Assembly (NCBI GenBank): GCA_017534425.1
Contig: JAFXWB010000002.1
Location: 1 to 62,998, forward strand
Length of the DNA stretch: 62,998 nucleotides
Source of the DNA: Bacilli bacterium
GTDB lineage: Bacteria; Bacillota_I; Bacilli_A; RFN20; CAG-826
Reading direction: 5' to 3'
Below the pieces are notes generated by a model. The model worked only from the letters and a program-made list of their open reading frames with translations. It was not told where the DNA came from and made no database searches. Every line of letters begins with the position of its first letter. Position 1 is the stretch's first letter. The position numbers were made by a program, and so were the translations under genes. Below, one piece after another: positions 49,145 through 58,384 of the stretch.

Positions 49145-50086
49145 ATGCCAGCAGGAGCAGGAGTAACAAATCCAACAGCACTCAATTACGCTGAAAAGTA
49201 TCAAAGAGCACTTGCTAATCAGTTCCCATATGTACTTTACTTTGGTGACCTGTATAATCAGACAAGTGACGGAAATTACAAGTGGGTTGATGAAAAGACT
49301 ATCAAGATTCCTAGACTTACAACAACCGGACGTGTAAATGCTAACCGTGATACAATCGGAACAGCAGCACGTAACTATGACAATTCATGGGAGACAAAGA
49401 CACTTGAGCATGAAAGAAAGTGGTCTACACTTGTTCACCCAATGGATATTAAGCAGACCAACATTGTTGCGTCTATTGCTAATATCACAAAGACATTCAA
49501 TGAGTTTCAGAAATTTCCTGAAATGGACGCTTATCTTATCTCTAAGTTGTACGAGAGATGGACAACTACTGTTTCAGCAGAAGGATACACAGGAAAGACA
49601 GCAGATACAACCGCACTTACAACAGGTGATGCCGTACTTGCTATGTTCGATAAGTTCATGCTTGCTATGGACAATGCAAGAGTTCCTGTTACAGGACGTA
49701 TACTTTACTGCACACATGAAGTTAAAGCACTTCTTAAGAATGCTGCTTCAATCGCAAAGAGATGGGAAGTTCAGCAGAGCGGTGGCGCTATCAATCGTGC
49801 GGTAGAGTACCTTGATGGTGTTAAGGTTAATGCTGTTCCTAAGGAACTCATGAAGACTGCTTACAACTTCACTGAAGGTTGGACACCAGCTACAACAGCA
49901 GGACAGATTGATATGTGGATGGTACATAAGGGAGCAATCATTACTCCTATTTCTTACACATTCGCACAACTTTCCGCTCCATCTGCACTTTCAGAAGGTA
50001 AGTATGTTTACTACGAGGAGTCATTCGAGGATGCATTTATTCTGAATAACAGAGCGGATGCACTTCAATTCCACGTAACTACTTGA
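49145..50086 (+). CDS. Major capsid protein
   Basis: 313 aa, SD GAGGAGG. Codon usage shifts toward a high-expression pattern. Position follows the scaffold gene. Confidence 0.65.
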   Translation: MPAGAGVTNPTALNYAEKYQRALANQFPYVLYFGDLYNQTSDGNYKWVDEKTIKIPRLTTTGRVNANRDTIGTAARNYDNSWETKTLEHERKWSTLVHPMDIKQTNIVASIANITKTFNEFQKFPEMDAYLISKLYERWTTTVSAEGYTGKTADTTALTTGDAVLAMFDKFMLAMDNARVPVTGRILYCTHEVKALLKNAASIAKRWEVQQSGGAINRAVEYLDGVKVNAVPKELMKTAYNFTEGWTPATTAGQIDMWMVHKGAIITPISYTFAQLSAPSALSEGKYVYYEESFEDAFILNNRADALQFHVTT

Positions 50087-50098
50087 TAAGGAGTATTT

Positions 50099-50356
50099 AT
50101 GGAAACTATTACAGTTGTAAGAGGAAATGAAGAACTGGACGTTCCAGCAGACCAGAAAGAGCGCTATAAAAAGTTAGGTTATCATGTAATTGATAAGAAA
50201 ACAGGTAAAGTACTTGAAAAAGCACCTCTTACCGATGTAGCGTCTCTTCAAAGTCTTGTTGTGAAACTTGAAAACGAGAACAAGGAACTTAAAGCCGAAA
50301 TTCAAAAACTCAAGAAAGACACAACAAAGAAAGCGTCTACTTCAACTAAAGAATAA
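50099..50356 (+). CDS. Small head-associated protein (unknown function)
   Basis: 85-aa ORF with SD AAGGAG and a C-terminal coiled coil. Confidence 0.45.
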   Translation: METITVVRGNEELDVPADQKERYKKLGYHVIDKKTGKVLEKAPLTDVASLQSLVVKLENENKELKAEIQKLKKDTTKKASTSTKE

Positions 50357-50371
50357 GGAGTGAAGCGTCTA

Positions 50372-50776
50372 ATGGAACCATTTGAAAGCTATTTAACTTA
50401 TGAAGAATATCAGGAGTTGGGTGGCACATTGCCATTAGACGCTTTTACTACTTATGAACGTAAAGCTCAAAGATGGCTTGATTATGTCACATTCAACAGA
50501 GTAAAAAGTTTAACAGTTATACCTAATGAAGTTAAAGAAGTTATAACTGAATTTATAGGTAGGTTAGACGATAATGAACAACGCAAAAAGAGTGGCGACA
50601 TATTAAAACAGTATAGTAATGGTGTAGAACAACTTACATTCGTTGCGCAAACTGAAGGCGATATGAAAAAAGAGCTTTACAAACTTGCACAAGAATGGCT
50701 ACCTGACTATTTAACTTATAGAGGAGTAAATTTCGATGTTGGAGAATATTTACAAAGAAACAGTGACAATTCTTAA
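50372..50776 (+). CDS. Head-tail connector protein (gp6/gp15-like by position)
   Basis: 134 aa from ATG 50372. First gene of the connector block. Confidence 0.45.
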   Translation: MEPFESYLTYEEYQELGGTLPLDAFTTYERKAQRWLDYVTFNRVKSLTVIPNEVKEVITEFIGRLDDNEQRKKSGDILKQYSNGVEQLTFVAQTEGDMKKELYKLAQEWLPDYLTYRGVNFDVGEYLQRNSDNS

Positions 50777-51158
50777 TAAGTTAAAAAGAACAGATAGTTT
50801 AACCACTAAAGATGTTTGGTACAAAACAGTTATTCATAATGCTGCTTTGTATACAGATGCGGAACGTGAAGCTGGTTCTAATTCAGTATTCATAGGCAGA
50901 TATGTAACTGTATTGATACCATTTAGCGATACTTATTTACCATATCGAGATTGGCGAAAGTTTGGCAATCAAGATGCGCATTATACCATGTCTATTGGAG
51001 ATTATATTGTTAAAGGTATTGTTGAAGAAGACATTACCGCAGAAAACATTGTAAGGATTCTTCAAGGATATGGCGAAGATGTATGTTTAGTAAAATACCA
51101 TAATGAATGTTATGATAGATTTGGAGCCACTGTTCAACTTAAAGTACAAGGAGTTTGA
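50736..51158 (+). CDS. Head-tail adaptor / head closure protein (by position)
   Basis: 140-aa ORF with SD GAGGAG. Confidence 0.4.
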   Translation: MLENIYKETVTILNKLKRTDSLTTKDVWYKTVIHNAALYTDAEREAGSNSVFIGRYVTVLIPFSDTYLPYRDWRKFGNQDAHYTMSIGDYIVKGIVEEDITAENIVRILQGYGEDVCLVKYHNECYDRFGATVQLKVQGV

Positions 51159-51541
51159 CTATGGCTAAGTCTGGTATAAATTTTCAATGGGACAAATCAC
51201 GTACATTGATTATTCGGGATAAAGGTTTTACAAAAGACTTTTATCAAGAATTAGGGCAAATAATGGAACGTCATATGTACAAGTATACACCATATGACAG
51301 TACACGAGTATCCGGTAAGCATTTAGCTGATAGTACTCAAATAAAAGCTACTGATACAGACGTTACGATTCATTATACAAAACGATACGCAAATAGACAA
51401 TATTATGGTGCTCCTACTTGGAAACGTGATTTATCATACCACCCACTTGCTACATCAAAGTGGGACCAAACATGCTGGGTTAATGAAAAATGGGTAATCG
51501 GTAGAGAAGCAAATGCAGCGAGAAAGAGGTATGCTCAATGA
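51155..51541 (+). CDS. Minor capsid / tail-to-head joining protein (by position)
   Basis: 128-aa ORF with SD AAGGAG. Confidence 0.4.
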   Translation: MTMAKSGINFQWDKSRTLIIRDKGFTKDFYQELGQIMERHMYKYTPYDSTRVSGKHLADSTQIKATDTDVTIHYTKRYANRQYYGAPTWKRDLSYHPLATSKWDQTCWVNEKWVIGREANAARKRYAQ

Positions 51542-51969
51542 GTGTGAATAAACATGAAGTAATGCGGGATTGGGTTGATGAATTTTTAGGCTCACATGGT
51601 TTATTATACTTTGAGAATGCCGATGCTGAATTTGGTGTACGTGTATTAGTTCCTAATTATGGTGATTACGTAAACAGAACAGACATTCTCGGTAATAAAT
51701 ATAAATCGTATTCGTTTGTATTTGTAGGGTACGAAACTATTGACCCCGGAACATCTGATGTTAATATTAGAAATATGCAACTATTTGATGATTTTGTAGA
51801 ATGGTGTGAAACGCAGAAAGCTAATAATAATTTTCCGGATTTCGGTACAAATTGTAGCGATTATGATATAATAATATTACAGAATATGGCAAATATGTCA
51901 GCTATGTCAGAAGATTACCTAGCAAAATATATGTTAGGGGTACGAATAGATTATACAGAGGAGGGATAA
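51538..51969 (+). CDS. Tail completion protein (by position)
   Basis: 143-aa ORF with ATGA overlap. Confidence 0.4.
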   Translation: MSVNKHEVMRDWVDEFLGSHGLLYFENADAEFGVRVLVPNYGDYVNRTDILGNKYKSYSFVFVGYETIDPGTSDVNIRNMQLFDDFVEWCETQKANNNFPDFGTNCSDYDIIILQNMANMSAMSEDYLAKYMLGVRIDYTEEG

Positions 51970-51973
51970 TACC

Positions 51974-52507
51974 ATGGCAGATGCAGCAGCTTTCAACCTT
52001 CAAGATAACCAGAAAGCCGAAAGAAAATTACTTGTAACCGCCGTTAATGTAGGTGATAGCGTTACCGATGTATCCGGAACACCTGAGTGGCAAATTGTTG
52101 GTGTTGGTGTTGAAGATTCAGCGATTGAGTTCAACCCTGATACTGAAACTGTAACTGATATTCTTGGAATTACAGAAACAACTGTAAATAAGTTTGAGAC
52201 TTCACAATCTCTTGAACCTATGACAGTTCGTGGTGGTTCTAAGCTCGCAGTTAAACTTTACAATCAGGTTAAGTACAACAGAATGTCTGAGTTTTCAATG
52301 TATGAAGTAATGCAGATTCATGCTTATGTTGGCTCAACAGGTTCTTATGAAGCAGAAGTTCATAAGAATTGCACACTTACACCTCAATCAATTGGCGGAA
52401 GTTCTTATGTAGACATGCCAATTGACATTAACTATTCAAATGATAAGGTTCATGGAACAGTTAATGATTATAAGTACGGTTCTACAATTACATTTACAGC
52501 ACTTTGA
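51974..52507 (+). CDS. Major tail protein
   Basis: 177 aa, SD GAGGAGGG, high-expression-type codon usage. Lies upstream of the chaperone and tape-measure genes. Confidence 0.6.
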   Translation: MADAAAFNLQDNQKAERKLLVTAVNVGDSVTDVSGTPEWQIVGVGVEDSAIEFNPDTETVTDILGITETTVNKFETSQSLEPMTVRGGSKLAVKLYNQVKYNRMSEFSMYEVMQIHAYVGSTGSYEAEVHKNCTLTPQSIGGSSYVDMPIDINYSNDKVHGTVNDYKYGSTITFTAL

Positions 52508-52519
52508 TAAGGAGTATAT

Positions 52520-52909
52520 ATGGAAAGTTTAAAAATTAGGACTGGCGCAATAAACCTTGAAATTTTAGGTGATGATGGTGTAAGTCGTGGTATATTTACA
52601 TTTAACCCGGATGATATTGAGTCTGCAAAACAAGTATTCGCTATTCAACAGGAATATGAAGTAAAACAAAAAGAGTTTGAAGAGCGAGCAAAGGCTTGCG
52701 AAACACCGGAAGATAAAATCAACCTTATGTCCGAGATAGTTGACTATATGGAAAGTTCGATTGATAGGTGTTTTGGTAATGGTTCAAGCGAAATACTTTT
52801 TGGCAAAGCAAAAACACTTTCCATGTTTGAAGATTTCTTCAAAGGTATAATTCCTTATTATCAGAATGCCAAAAAAGCGAGAATCAGTAAATATACACAA
52901 AATAAATAA
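52520..52909 (+). CDS. Tail assembly chaperone (by position)
   Basis: 129-aa ORF with SD AAGGAG. Confidence 0.45.
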   Translation: MESLKIRTGAINLEILGDDGVSRGIFTFNPDDIESAKQVFAIQQEYEVKQKEFEERAKACETPEDKINLMSEIVDYMESSIDRCFGNGSSEILFGKAKTLSMFEDFFKGIIPYYQNAKKARISKYTQNK

Positions 52910-52935
52910 AGACAAGTGGCATAAAACCACTTAGA

Positions 52936-52965
52936 TAAAAGGTGGGTCAAACCACCTTTTATTTT
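52936..52965 (+). terminator. Hairpin terminator/attenuator inside the tail operon
   Basis: AAAAGGTGG / CCACCTTTT stem followed by a T-run, and preceded by a second hairpin AAGTGG/CCACTT. Confidence 0.6.
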
Positions 52966-52976
52966 TAGGTAAATGT

Positions 52977-53531
52977 ATGGATAAATATTCGTTACCAACA
53001 AGTACAGAAATAAGCGGTATTCAGTGTGAGTTTAATACAGATTACAGAAAAATTTTATATATTTTTCAAGCATTAAATGACCCTGACTTACTTGAAGATG
53101 AAAAAATTATAGTTGCATTAGAACTTTTTTATAAAACTGAAGACTATAAAACTGATTTAGACAAAGCAATAAAAGAAATGTTTTTCTTTTTGACTATGGA
53201 AGAACCAAGTAATTCACCAAAACCTGAAAAGAAGCCATTATATGATTGGGAAAAAGATTTTAATATTATAATTGCTCCCATAAATCATATTATCGGTAAA
53301 GATGTTAGGGGTATGGAATATTTACATTGGTGGACATTTTTAAATGCATTTATGGAAATCGGTGAATGTACTTTTAGTACTTATGTAGGTATTAGAGATA
53401 AATTAAATCGTGGCGTCAAACTTGAAAAATACGAAGAAAAACTAATGAAAGACCATCGTGACGCTATTGTATTAAAGAAAAAAGTTGATATTACAACCCA
53501 AGCACTTATGGACGAAATATTGGGGGTATAA
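52977..53531 (+). CDS. Gp15-family tail assembly protein
   Basis: 184 aa. The N-terminus (SLPTSTEISGIQCEFNTDYRKILYIFQALNDPDL) resembles the Bacteriophage Gp15 family. Lies directly upstream of the tape-measure gene. Confidence 0.45.
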   Translation: MDKYSLPTSTEISGIQCEFNTDYRKILYIFQALNDPDLLEDEKIIVALELFYKTEDYKTDLDKAIKEMFFFLTMEEPSNSPKPEKKPLYDWEKDFNIIIAPINHIIGKDVRGMEYLHWWTFLNAFMEIGECTFSTYVGIRDKLNRGVKLEKYEEKLMKDHRDAIVLKKKVDITTQALMDEILGV

Positions 53532-53534
53532 ATT

Positions 53535-56500
53535 ATGGCACATGGTGGAACTGCTTATGGTGCAGATGGAACAATTACAATAGGTACTTCTGTTGATATG
53601 TACGGTATGAATACCGGACTTAAAAAGATACAAAAATCAATCGGAAAATTAAAATTTGCTATGGGCGCAGCTTTAGGATTAGGTGGCACTTTTGGTTTTG
53701 GTGCAATCAGTAAAGCTGCTCTTAATGCTGCATCTGATTTACAAGAAGTACAGAATATTGTAGACGTATCATTTGGTGAAATGAGTGATATGGTAGAAAA
53801 ATTTGCAGCTACTTCTGTTGAAAAATTCGGTATGTCAGAACTTGCCGCAAAACAAACAGCCGGTTCATTCATGGCTATGGGTAAAGCACTCGGACTTTCA
53901 ATGGAAGATGCAGCTAAAATGTCAATTTCATTAACTGCATTAACAGGTGATATGTCTTCATTTTATAATATTTCACAAGATTATGCGAGAGTTGCATTAT
54001 CAGCTGTTTATACGGGTGAAACTGAAACACTTAAAAGGTATGGTATTGTACTTACAGAGGCAAACTTGCAAGAATATGCTTCAACTTTAGGTATTAAAAC
54101 TAAAGTAAAAGCAATGGACGCAAGTACTAAAGCTATTTTGCGTTATAAATATATATTAGAAGCAACTAAAGATATTACAGGCGACTTTGTTAGAACAGAA
54201 AGTACATGGGCAAACCAGGTTCGTGTATTACAACAAAGGTGGAATCAGTTACTTATTACAATGGGTAGTGGTTTAATCACAATATTCACACCTATGATTA
54301 AAGCACTTAATGCATTGATTGAAAGAACAATTTATTTTGCAAATGTATTGGGTGCAGTATTAGGTAAAATATTCGGTATTCAATGGCAAGATTTTACCGA
54401 ACAAATGAGCCAATTAAGTAATGCAGAAGCTGACATTTCAGGTGGTCTTGATGATGCTGGTGATGCTGCGGAAAAAGCGGGTAAAAAAGTTAAAAAGACA
54501 CTAGCACCATGGGATGAGTTAACCGACTTAATGAAAAATACTGCTGATACAGGTGAAGATGTAGCTGTTTCATTTGAAATACCTGATATTGGTAGTTTAA
54601 TAGGTGATTTTGATGGTAAACTATTTGACTTTGATATTCCAAATATTCAAAGTTTATTCCATTTAGGTAAATGGTTTTCAGAAATGATTTCTGACTTCCT
54701 TGAAAATATTGATTGGGAAATTATTCGTGAAAAAGCAAAAAAGTTAGGTCAAGATATTGCTGATTTCTTGAATGGTTTAATAAATCCAAGGTTGTTTAGT
54801 GATTTAGGCGCAACTTTAGCTCAAGGTTTAAATACTTTGATGGAAATAATGAATGGTTTTGTTACAAGATTTAGTTGGGCTAATTTAGGTCAATCAATTG
54901 CAGCTGGAATAAATAGTTTTTTTAAAACCTTTGATTTTACATTATTGGCTCAAAATATAAATAATTTCTTAAATGGTTTACTTGATATGATGTTACAACT
55001 TGTAGAAAAGTTGGATTGGGGTTTAATTGGTAATAGGATTGGATATTTATTACTAAGTATTGATTGGTTAAAACTTGTAAGTAAAACTTTAAAAGTTTTA
55101 TATAAAACCCTTAGCGGAATTGCAAAAGCATGGCAGAAATCATTTGATAAAGCACCACTTGAAACCATTATTGCATCTTTAGTTGTATTTAAAGGGTTAT
55201 TGAAGCTATCAATTGTAAAGAATTTTATTAGAGGTATAAGTGATTTAAATAAGCAATTTGGATTATTTAGTGACGCTGTTAATTTAAGCGATAGGCAATT
55301 TAATGGTTTGCTTAGAACTGTTGGTGGGTCCAATTCTTTATTTGGTTCAGTTTTATCTGGTGTACGTGCATTTTCAACTAATGGCGGAAATTTATTTCAA
55401 AATTTAGGTGCAGGCATTACAGCTTTTTCTAATAGTCTTTCACCTGTTATTAAAACACTTGGTTCGTTAGCTGTAGGACTTACAGAATTTTTTGTGGTTA
55501 AAAATTTATTTTCCGAATTACTTGAACAAACCCATGATTTTGATGGTAACATAAGTAGCCTAATTGGTATAATTGGAGAATTAGTTCTAGCTATTGGTAT
55601 AGCAGCGGGTGCATTTACATTACTTTTAGGATTTCCAGCAGGTATTATAGCTGCCGGTGTTGTTGCAGCAATCGCAGCTTTTACTGGATTTATTGAGTTT
55701 CTTAATGATATAAACTTAGATAATTTAAGTAATGGTATACATGATATGCTTACACAACCTGGTGGCGTGCCAATAGAAGACCTTGTAGATGAAGTTGCAG
55801 GAAATATTGGTTCTATTGGTGATGAATTTAAAGCTATTGCTGATAAATCAGATGAACTTGATAGAGCAGAACAAAATGTAGCCGATGTTGTAGATGAAAT
55901 AAAAGAAATGCAACTTAAACTAGAAGCAGGTGTTTTATCTGCTGAAGAAGCTGTGCCAAAACATGTAGAATTATATGGTAAATTGGGAGATGCAATTATT
56001 ACTAAACTAGGTGCAGCTGAAGACGTACTCTTACAAGCTTGGGGCGAAGGTGGCTCCATTACAACTGCATTTGAAAAAGCAGGTATTAGTGGCGAAGAAG
56101 CTAGAGATAAAATTGTAAATTCATTTAGTGACCAAGAAAAACAAGTTAATGACCTTGTAACTGCAATAAATTATTGGAGGGAAGTTAATCCCAATAACCC
56201 GCAATTACCGATTCTCGAAGAACAGCTAATGAAAATAGCTACTGAAACTGATGAAGTTAAAAATGCTCAAAATGCACTTGATACTTATATATCAGGTAAT
56301 CCCATAAATTGGGAAGCATTCCTTAATGAAGACGGTTTTGATACTGAAAAATTCTTTTCTAGTATGCAAGGTTTACAAGATAAAACTAAAGAAACAACGG
56401 GTTTAATTGAAGAAGAAACTCAAAAAGCTGTAAATGTAATGAAACAGTATATAGATGACCCAGAATTTTTAGGCAGAATTGAAAAAGCTCTACCTGATGC

Positions 56501-57950
56501 ACTAGATACTATGAAAGGTGATGTATCATCTCAAGTAGAACAAGTTACTAATATTATGCAAGATGAAATGGTTGGTGGTATAACAGGTACTTTGACACAA
56601 GCTGAAGAAGATTGGTCTAAAATGTCTTGGTGGGAAAAATTATTTTTATATGGTAATGACTTTGATACGTTTGCAGCGGAAAAAGTCGATAATTATAAGA
56701 AACAATATATAGACCCGCTTAATGATAGTTTGGAAAAGTGGTATAAACAATTAGGTATAGATGGTAATGTATACGCATCTAAAGCTGGTGAAGAAATAAT
56801 TAAAGGACTATTTACACCTGTACAAGAAACAATTGCAGACCCTTTATCTGGTACTTCACATACTGTTACAGTTAGTAAACTTAAAGATAACTGGAAAGAA
56901 CTCGGTGTAGATTTAGTCGATGGTACAATTGAAGGTCTTAAAGGTAAAAATGATGATTTAACAGACCAAGTTTCAACTACAATGGGGAATACTGTCGATG
57001 CTGCTAAAGATACACTAGATTCAAACTCACCATCTAAGGTATATTTTGAAATTGGTGAAGACATGATACAAGGTTCAATAAATGGTGTTAAGAGTAAAGG
57101 TGATGAACTTACAAAAGCTGTTGCCACTGTTGTAAATAACGCCACTAAAGAATTTACTAAATTAGAAAGTAATAATAATGTATTAGGTAAATTCAATACT
57201 ATGATAAATACCATGACTAAGAAAGTAGAAACAAGTGGTAAAGAGTTATTGAATAATGTCACTGATATATCACGAGATGTTACTGTTAAATTTAATGAGC
57301 TCTTGACCGGAGCTTCAAATAAATTTAATAATGTTAGTACTTCACTCAAAACTAAACTACAAACGTTAGCAAGTGACTTCTCTTCAAATTTCATCAACAG
57401 AATTTCAAGTATCATTGACACGTTTGTAGTTAATAATGTAGGCAGTGCTGCTGATACATTTGTAAAATTATGGCAAAGCGCAACTAATTCAGCTAGCGAT
57501 TTGTTTGATACTCTCGGCACGTCAATTGTTACTATAATAACATCTGCCATAAATGGTATAATAAATACAGTAGTAGACGGTATAAATGAAATACTTGATA
57601 AAGTTGAAGATGCACTTAATAGCATATTGAGTATCGGCAATGCTATTAGTAATCTACCATCAATGCCAGAATTCAACTTTGAAAGCTACAACATACCTGG
57701 ATTGGCAAAAGGTGCAGTAATACCGCCTAATAAACAATTCCTTGCAATGTTAGGAGACCAAAAGAGTGGCACTAACATTGAAGCACCGCTTGATACGATT
57801 AAACAAGCATTTATGGAAACATTAAGTGGAATAAACTTTGGTGGCGGTGATGGTGACATTGTAGTTCAAATAGATGGTTATGAAGTATTTAGAGCTGTAA
57901 GGTCACAAAATGATAACTTTAGAAATACAACGGGATACAGTGCATTTTAA
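53535..57950 (+). CDS. Tail tape measure protein (TP901-family core)
   Basis: 1471 aa. N-terminal core DLQEVQNIVDVSFGEMS...FGMSELAAKQTAGSFMAMGKALGLS...LTGDMSSFYN, a central TM/Gly-rich region, and long helical repeats. Confidence 0.85.
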   Translation: MAHGGTAYGADGTITIGTSVDMYGMNTGLKKIQKSIGKLKFAMGAALGLGGTFGFGAISKAALNAASDLQEVQNIVDVSFGEMSDMVEKFAATSVEKFGMSELAAKQTAGSFMAMGKALGLSMEDAAKMSISLTALTGDMSSFYNISQDYARVALSAVYTGETETLKRYGIVLTEANLQEYASTLGIKTKVKAMDASTKAILRYKYILEATKDITGDFVRTESTWANQVRVLQQRWNQLLITMGSGLITIFTPMIKALNALIERTIYFANVLGAVLGKIFGIQWQDFTEQMSQLSNAEADISGGLDDAGDAAEKAGKKVKKTLAPWDELTDLMKNTADTGEDVAVSFEIPDIGSLIGDFDGKLFDFDIPNIQSLFHLGKWFSEMISDFLENIDWEIIREKAKKLGQDIADFLNGLINPRLFSDLGATLAQGLNTLMEIMNGFVTRFSWANLGQSIAAGINSFFKTFDFTLLAQNINNFLNGLLDMMLQLVEKLDWGLIGNRIGYLLLSIDWLKLVSKTLKVLYKTLSGIAKAWQKSFDKAPLETIIASLVVFKGLLKLSIVKNFIRGISDLNKQFGLFSDAVNLSDRQFNGLLRTVGGSNSLFGSVLSGVRAFSTNGGNLFQNLGAGITAFSNSLSPVIKTLGSLAVGLTEFFVVKNLFSELLEQTHDFDGNISSLIGIIGELVLAIGIAAGAFTLLLGFPAGIIAAGVVAAIAAFTGFIEFLNDINLDNLSNGIHDMLTQPGGVPIEDLVDEVAGNIGSIGDEFKAIADKSDELDRAEQNVADVVDEIKEMQLKLEAGVLSAEEAVPKHVELYGKLGDAIITKLGAAEDVLLQAWGEGGSITTAFEKAGISGEEARDKIVNSFSDQEKQVNDLVTAINYWREVNPNNPQLPILEEQLMKIATETDEVKNAQNALDTYISGNPINWEAFLNEDGFDTEKFFSSMQGLQDKTKETTGLIEEETQKAVNVMKQYIDDPEFLGRIEKALPDALDTMKGDVSSQVEQVTNIMQDEMVGGITGTLTQAEEDWSKMSWWEKLFLYGNDFDTFAAEKVDNYKKQYIDPLNDSLEKWYKQLGIDGNVYASKAGEEIIKGLFTPVQETIADPLSGTSHTVTVSKLKDNWKELGVDLVDGTIEGLKGKNDDLTDQVSTTMGNTVDAAKDTLDSNSPSKVYFEIGEDMIQGSINGVKSKGDELTKAVATVVNNATKEFTKLESNNNVLGKFNTMINTMTKKVETSGKELLNNVTDISRDVTVKFNELLTGASNKFNNVSTSLKTKLQTLASDFSSNFINRISSIIDTFVVNNVGSAADTFVKLWQSATNSASDLFDTLGTSIVTIITSAINGIINTVVDGINEILDKVEDALNSILSIGNAISNLPSMPEFNFESYNIPGLAKGAVIPPNKQFLAMLGDQKSGTNIEAPLDTIKQAFMETLSGINFGGGDGDIVVQIDGYEVFRAVRSQNDNFRNTTGYSAF

Positions 57951-57961
57951 GGAGGCGTGAA

Positions 57962-58372
57962 ATGGCATTTAGTGGCTACTTAATTCGCATAGGCGGTCAA
58001 GACGAGTTCTTTGAACATTATATAGTATGTCAAACATATAAGGTTTCAAAGAAAATGCTTGATTATGGCAGTTTTAGAGATAGTGATGGTGTTTTAAAAA
58101 GAACTTGTCTTGACCATGTATCCTATATAATTCAGTTTGATATTAAACCTTGTGATAATACAAAGCTTGCCGCATTTATGGCGGCTATAAAAAACAACTT
58201 TTCTGTTCCAAAAGAACGTAAAGTATCAATACAGTTTTATAATGCAGAAGATGATAATTACATTACAGGTGATTTTTATATGCCTGACCCCGAATTTCCG
58301 ATAGACCATATTGATAAAACTACCAATAAGGTTTATTTTAAACAAACTACCATTAAGTTTATTGGATATTAA
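57962..58372 (+). CDS. Distal tail protein (by position)
   Basis: 136 aa, located immediately after the tape-measure gene. Confidence 0.4.
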   Translation: MAFSGYLIRIGGQDEFFEHYIVCQTYKVSKKMLDYGSFRDSDGVLKRTCLDHVSYIIQFDIKPCDNTKLAAFMAAIKNNFSVPKERKVSIQFYNAEDDNYITGDFYMPDPEFPIDHIDKTTNKVYFKQTTIKFIGY

Positions 58373-58384
58373 AGGAGAATTTAA

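Noticed and set aside
53555-57676. Long minus-strand ORFs inside the tape-measure gene (53555-53872, 54950-55333, 55397-56059, 56693-57676). Similar antisense or alternate-frame ORFs occur elsewhere, for example 3152-3511, 15381-15836, 15925-16395, 33337-33708, 47490-47798, 49338-49805 and 62123-62425.
   Set aside because: They lie entirely within well-supported + strand genes, lack SD sequences and have low-complexity translations. They are typical shadow ORFs of AT-rich or repetitive coding sequence.
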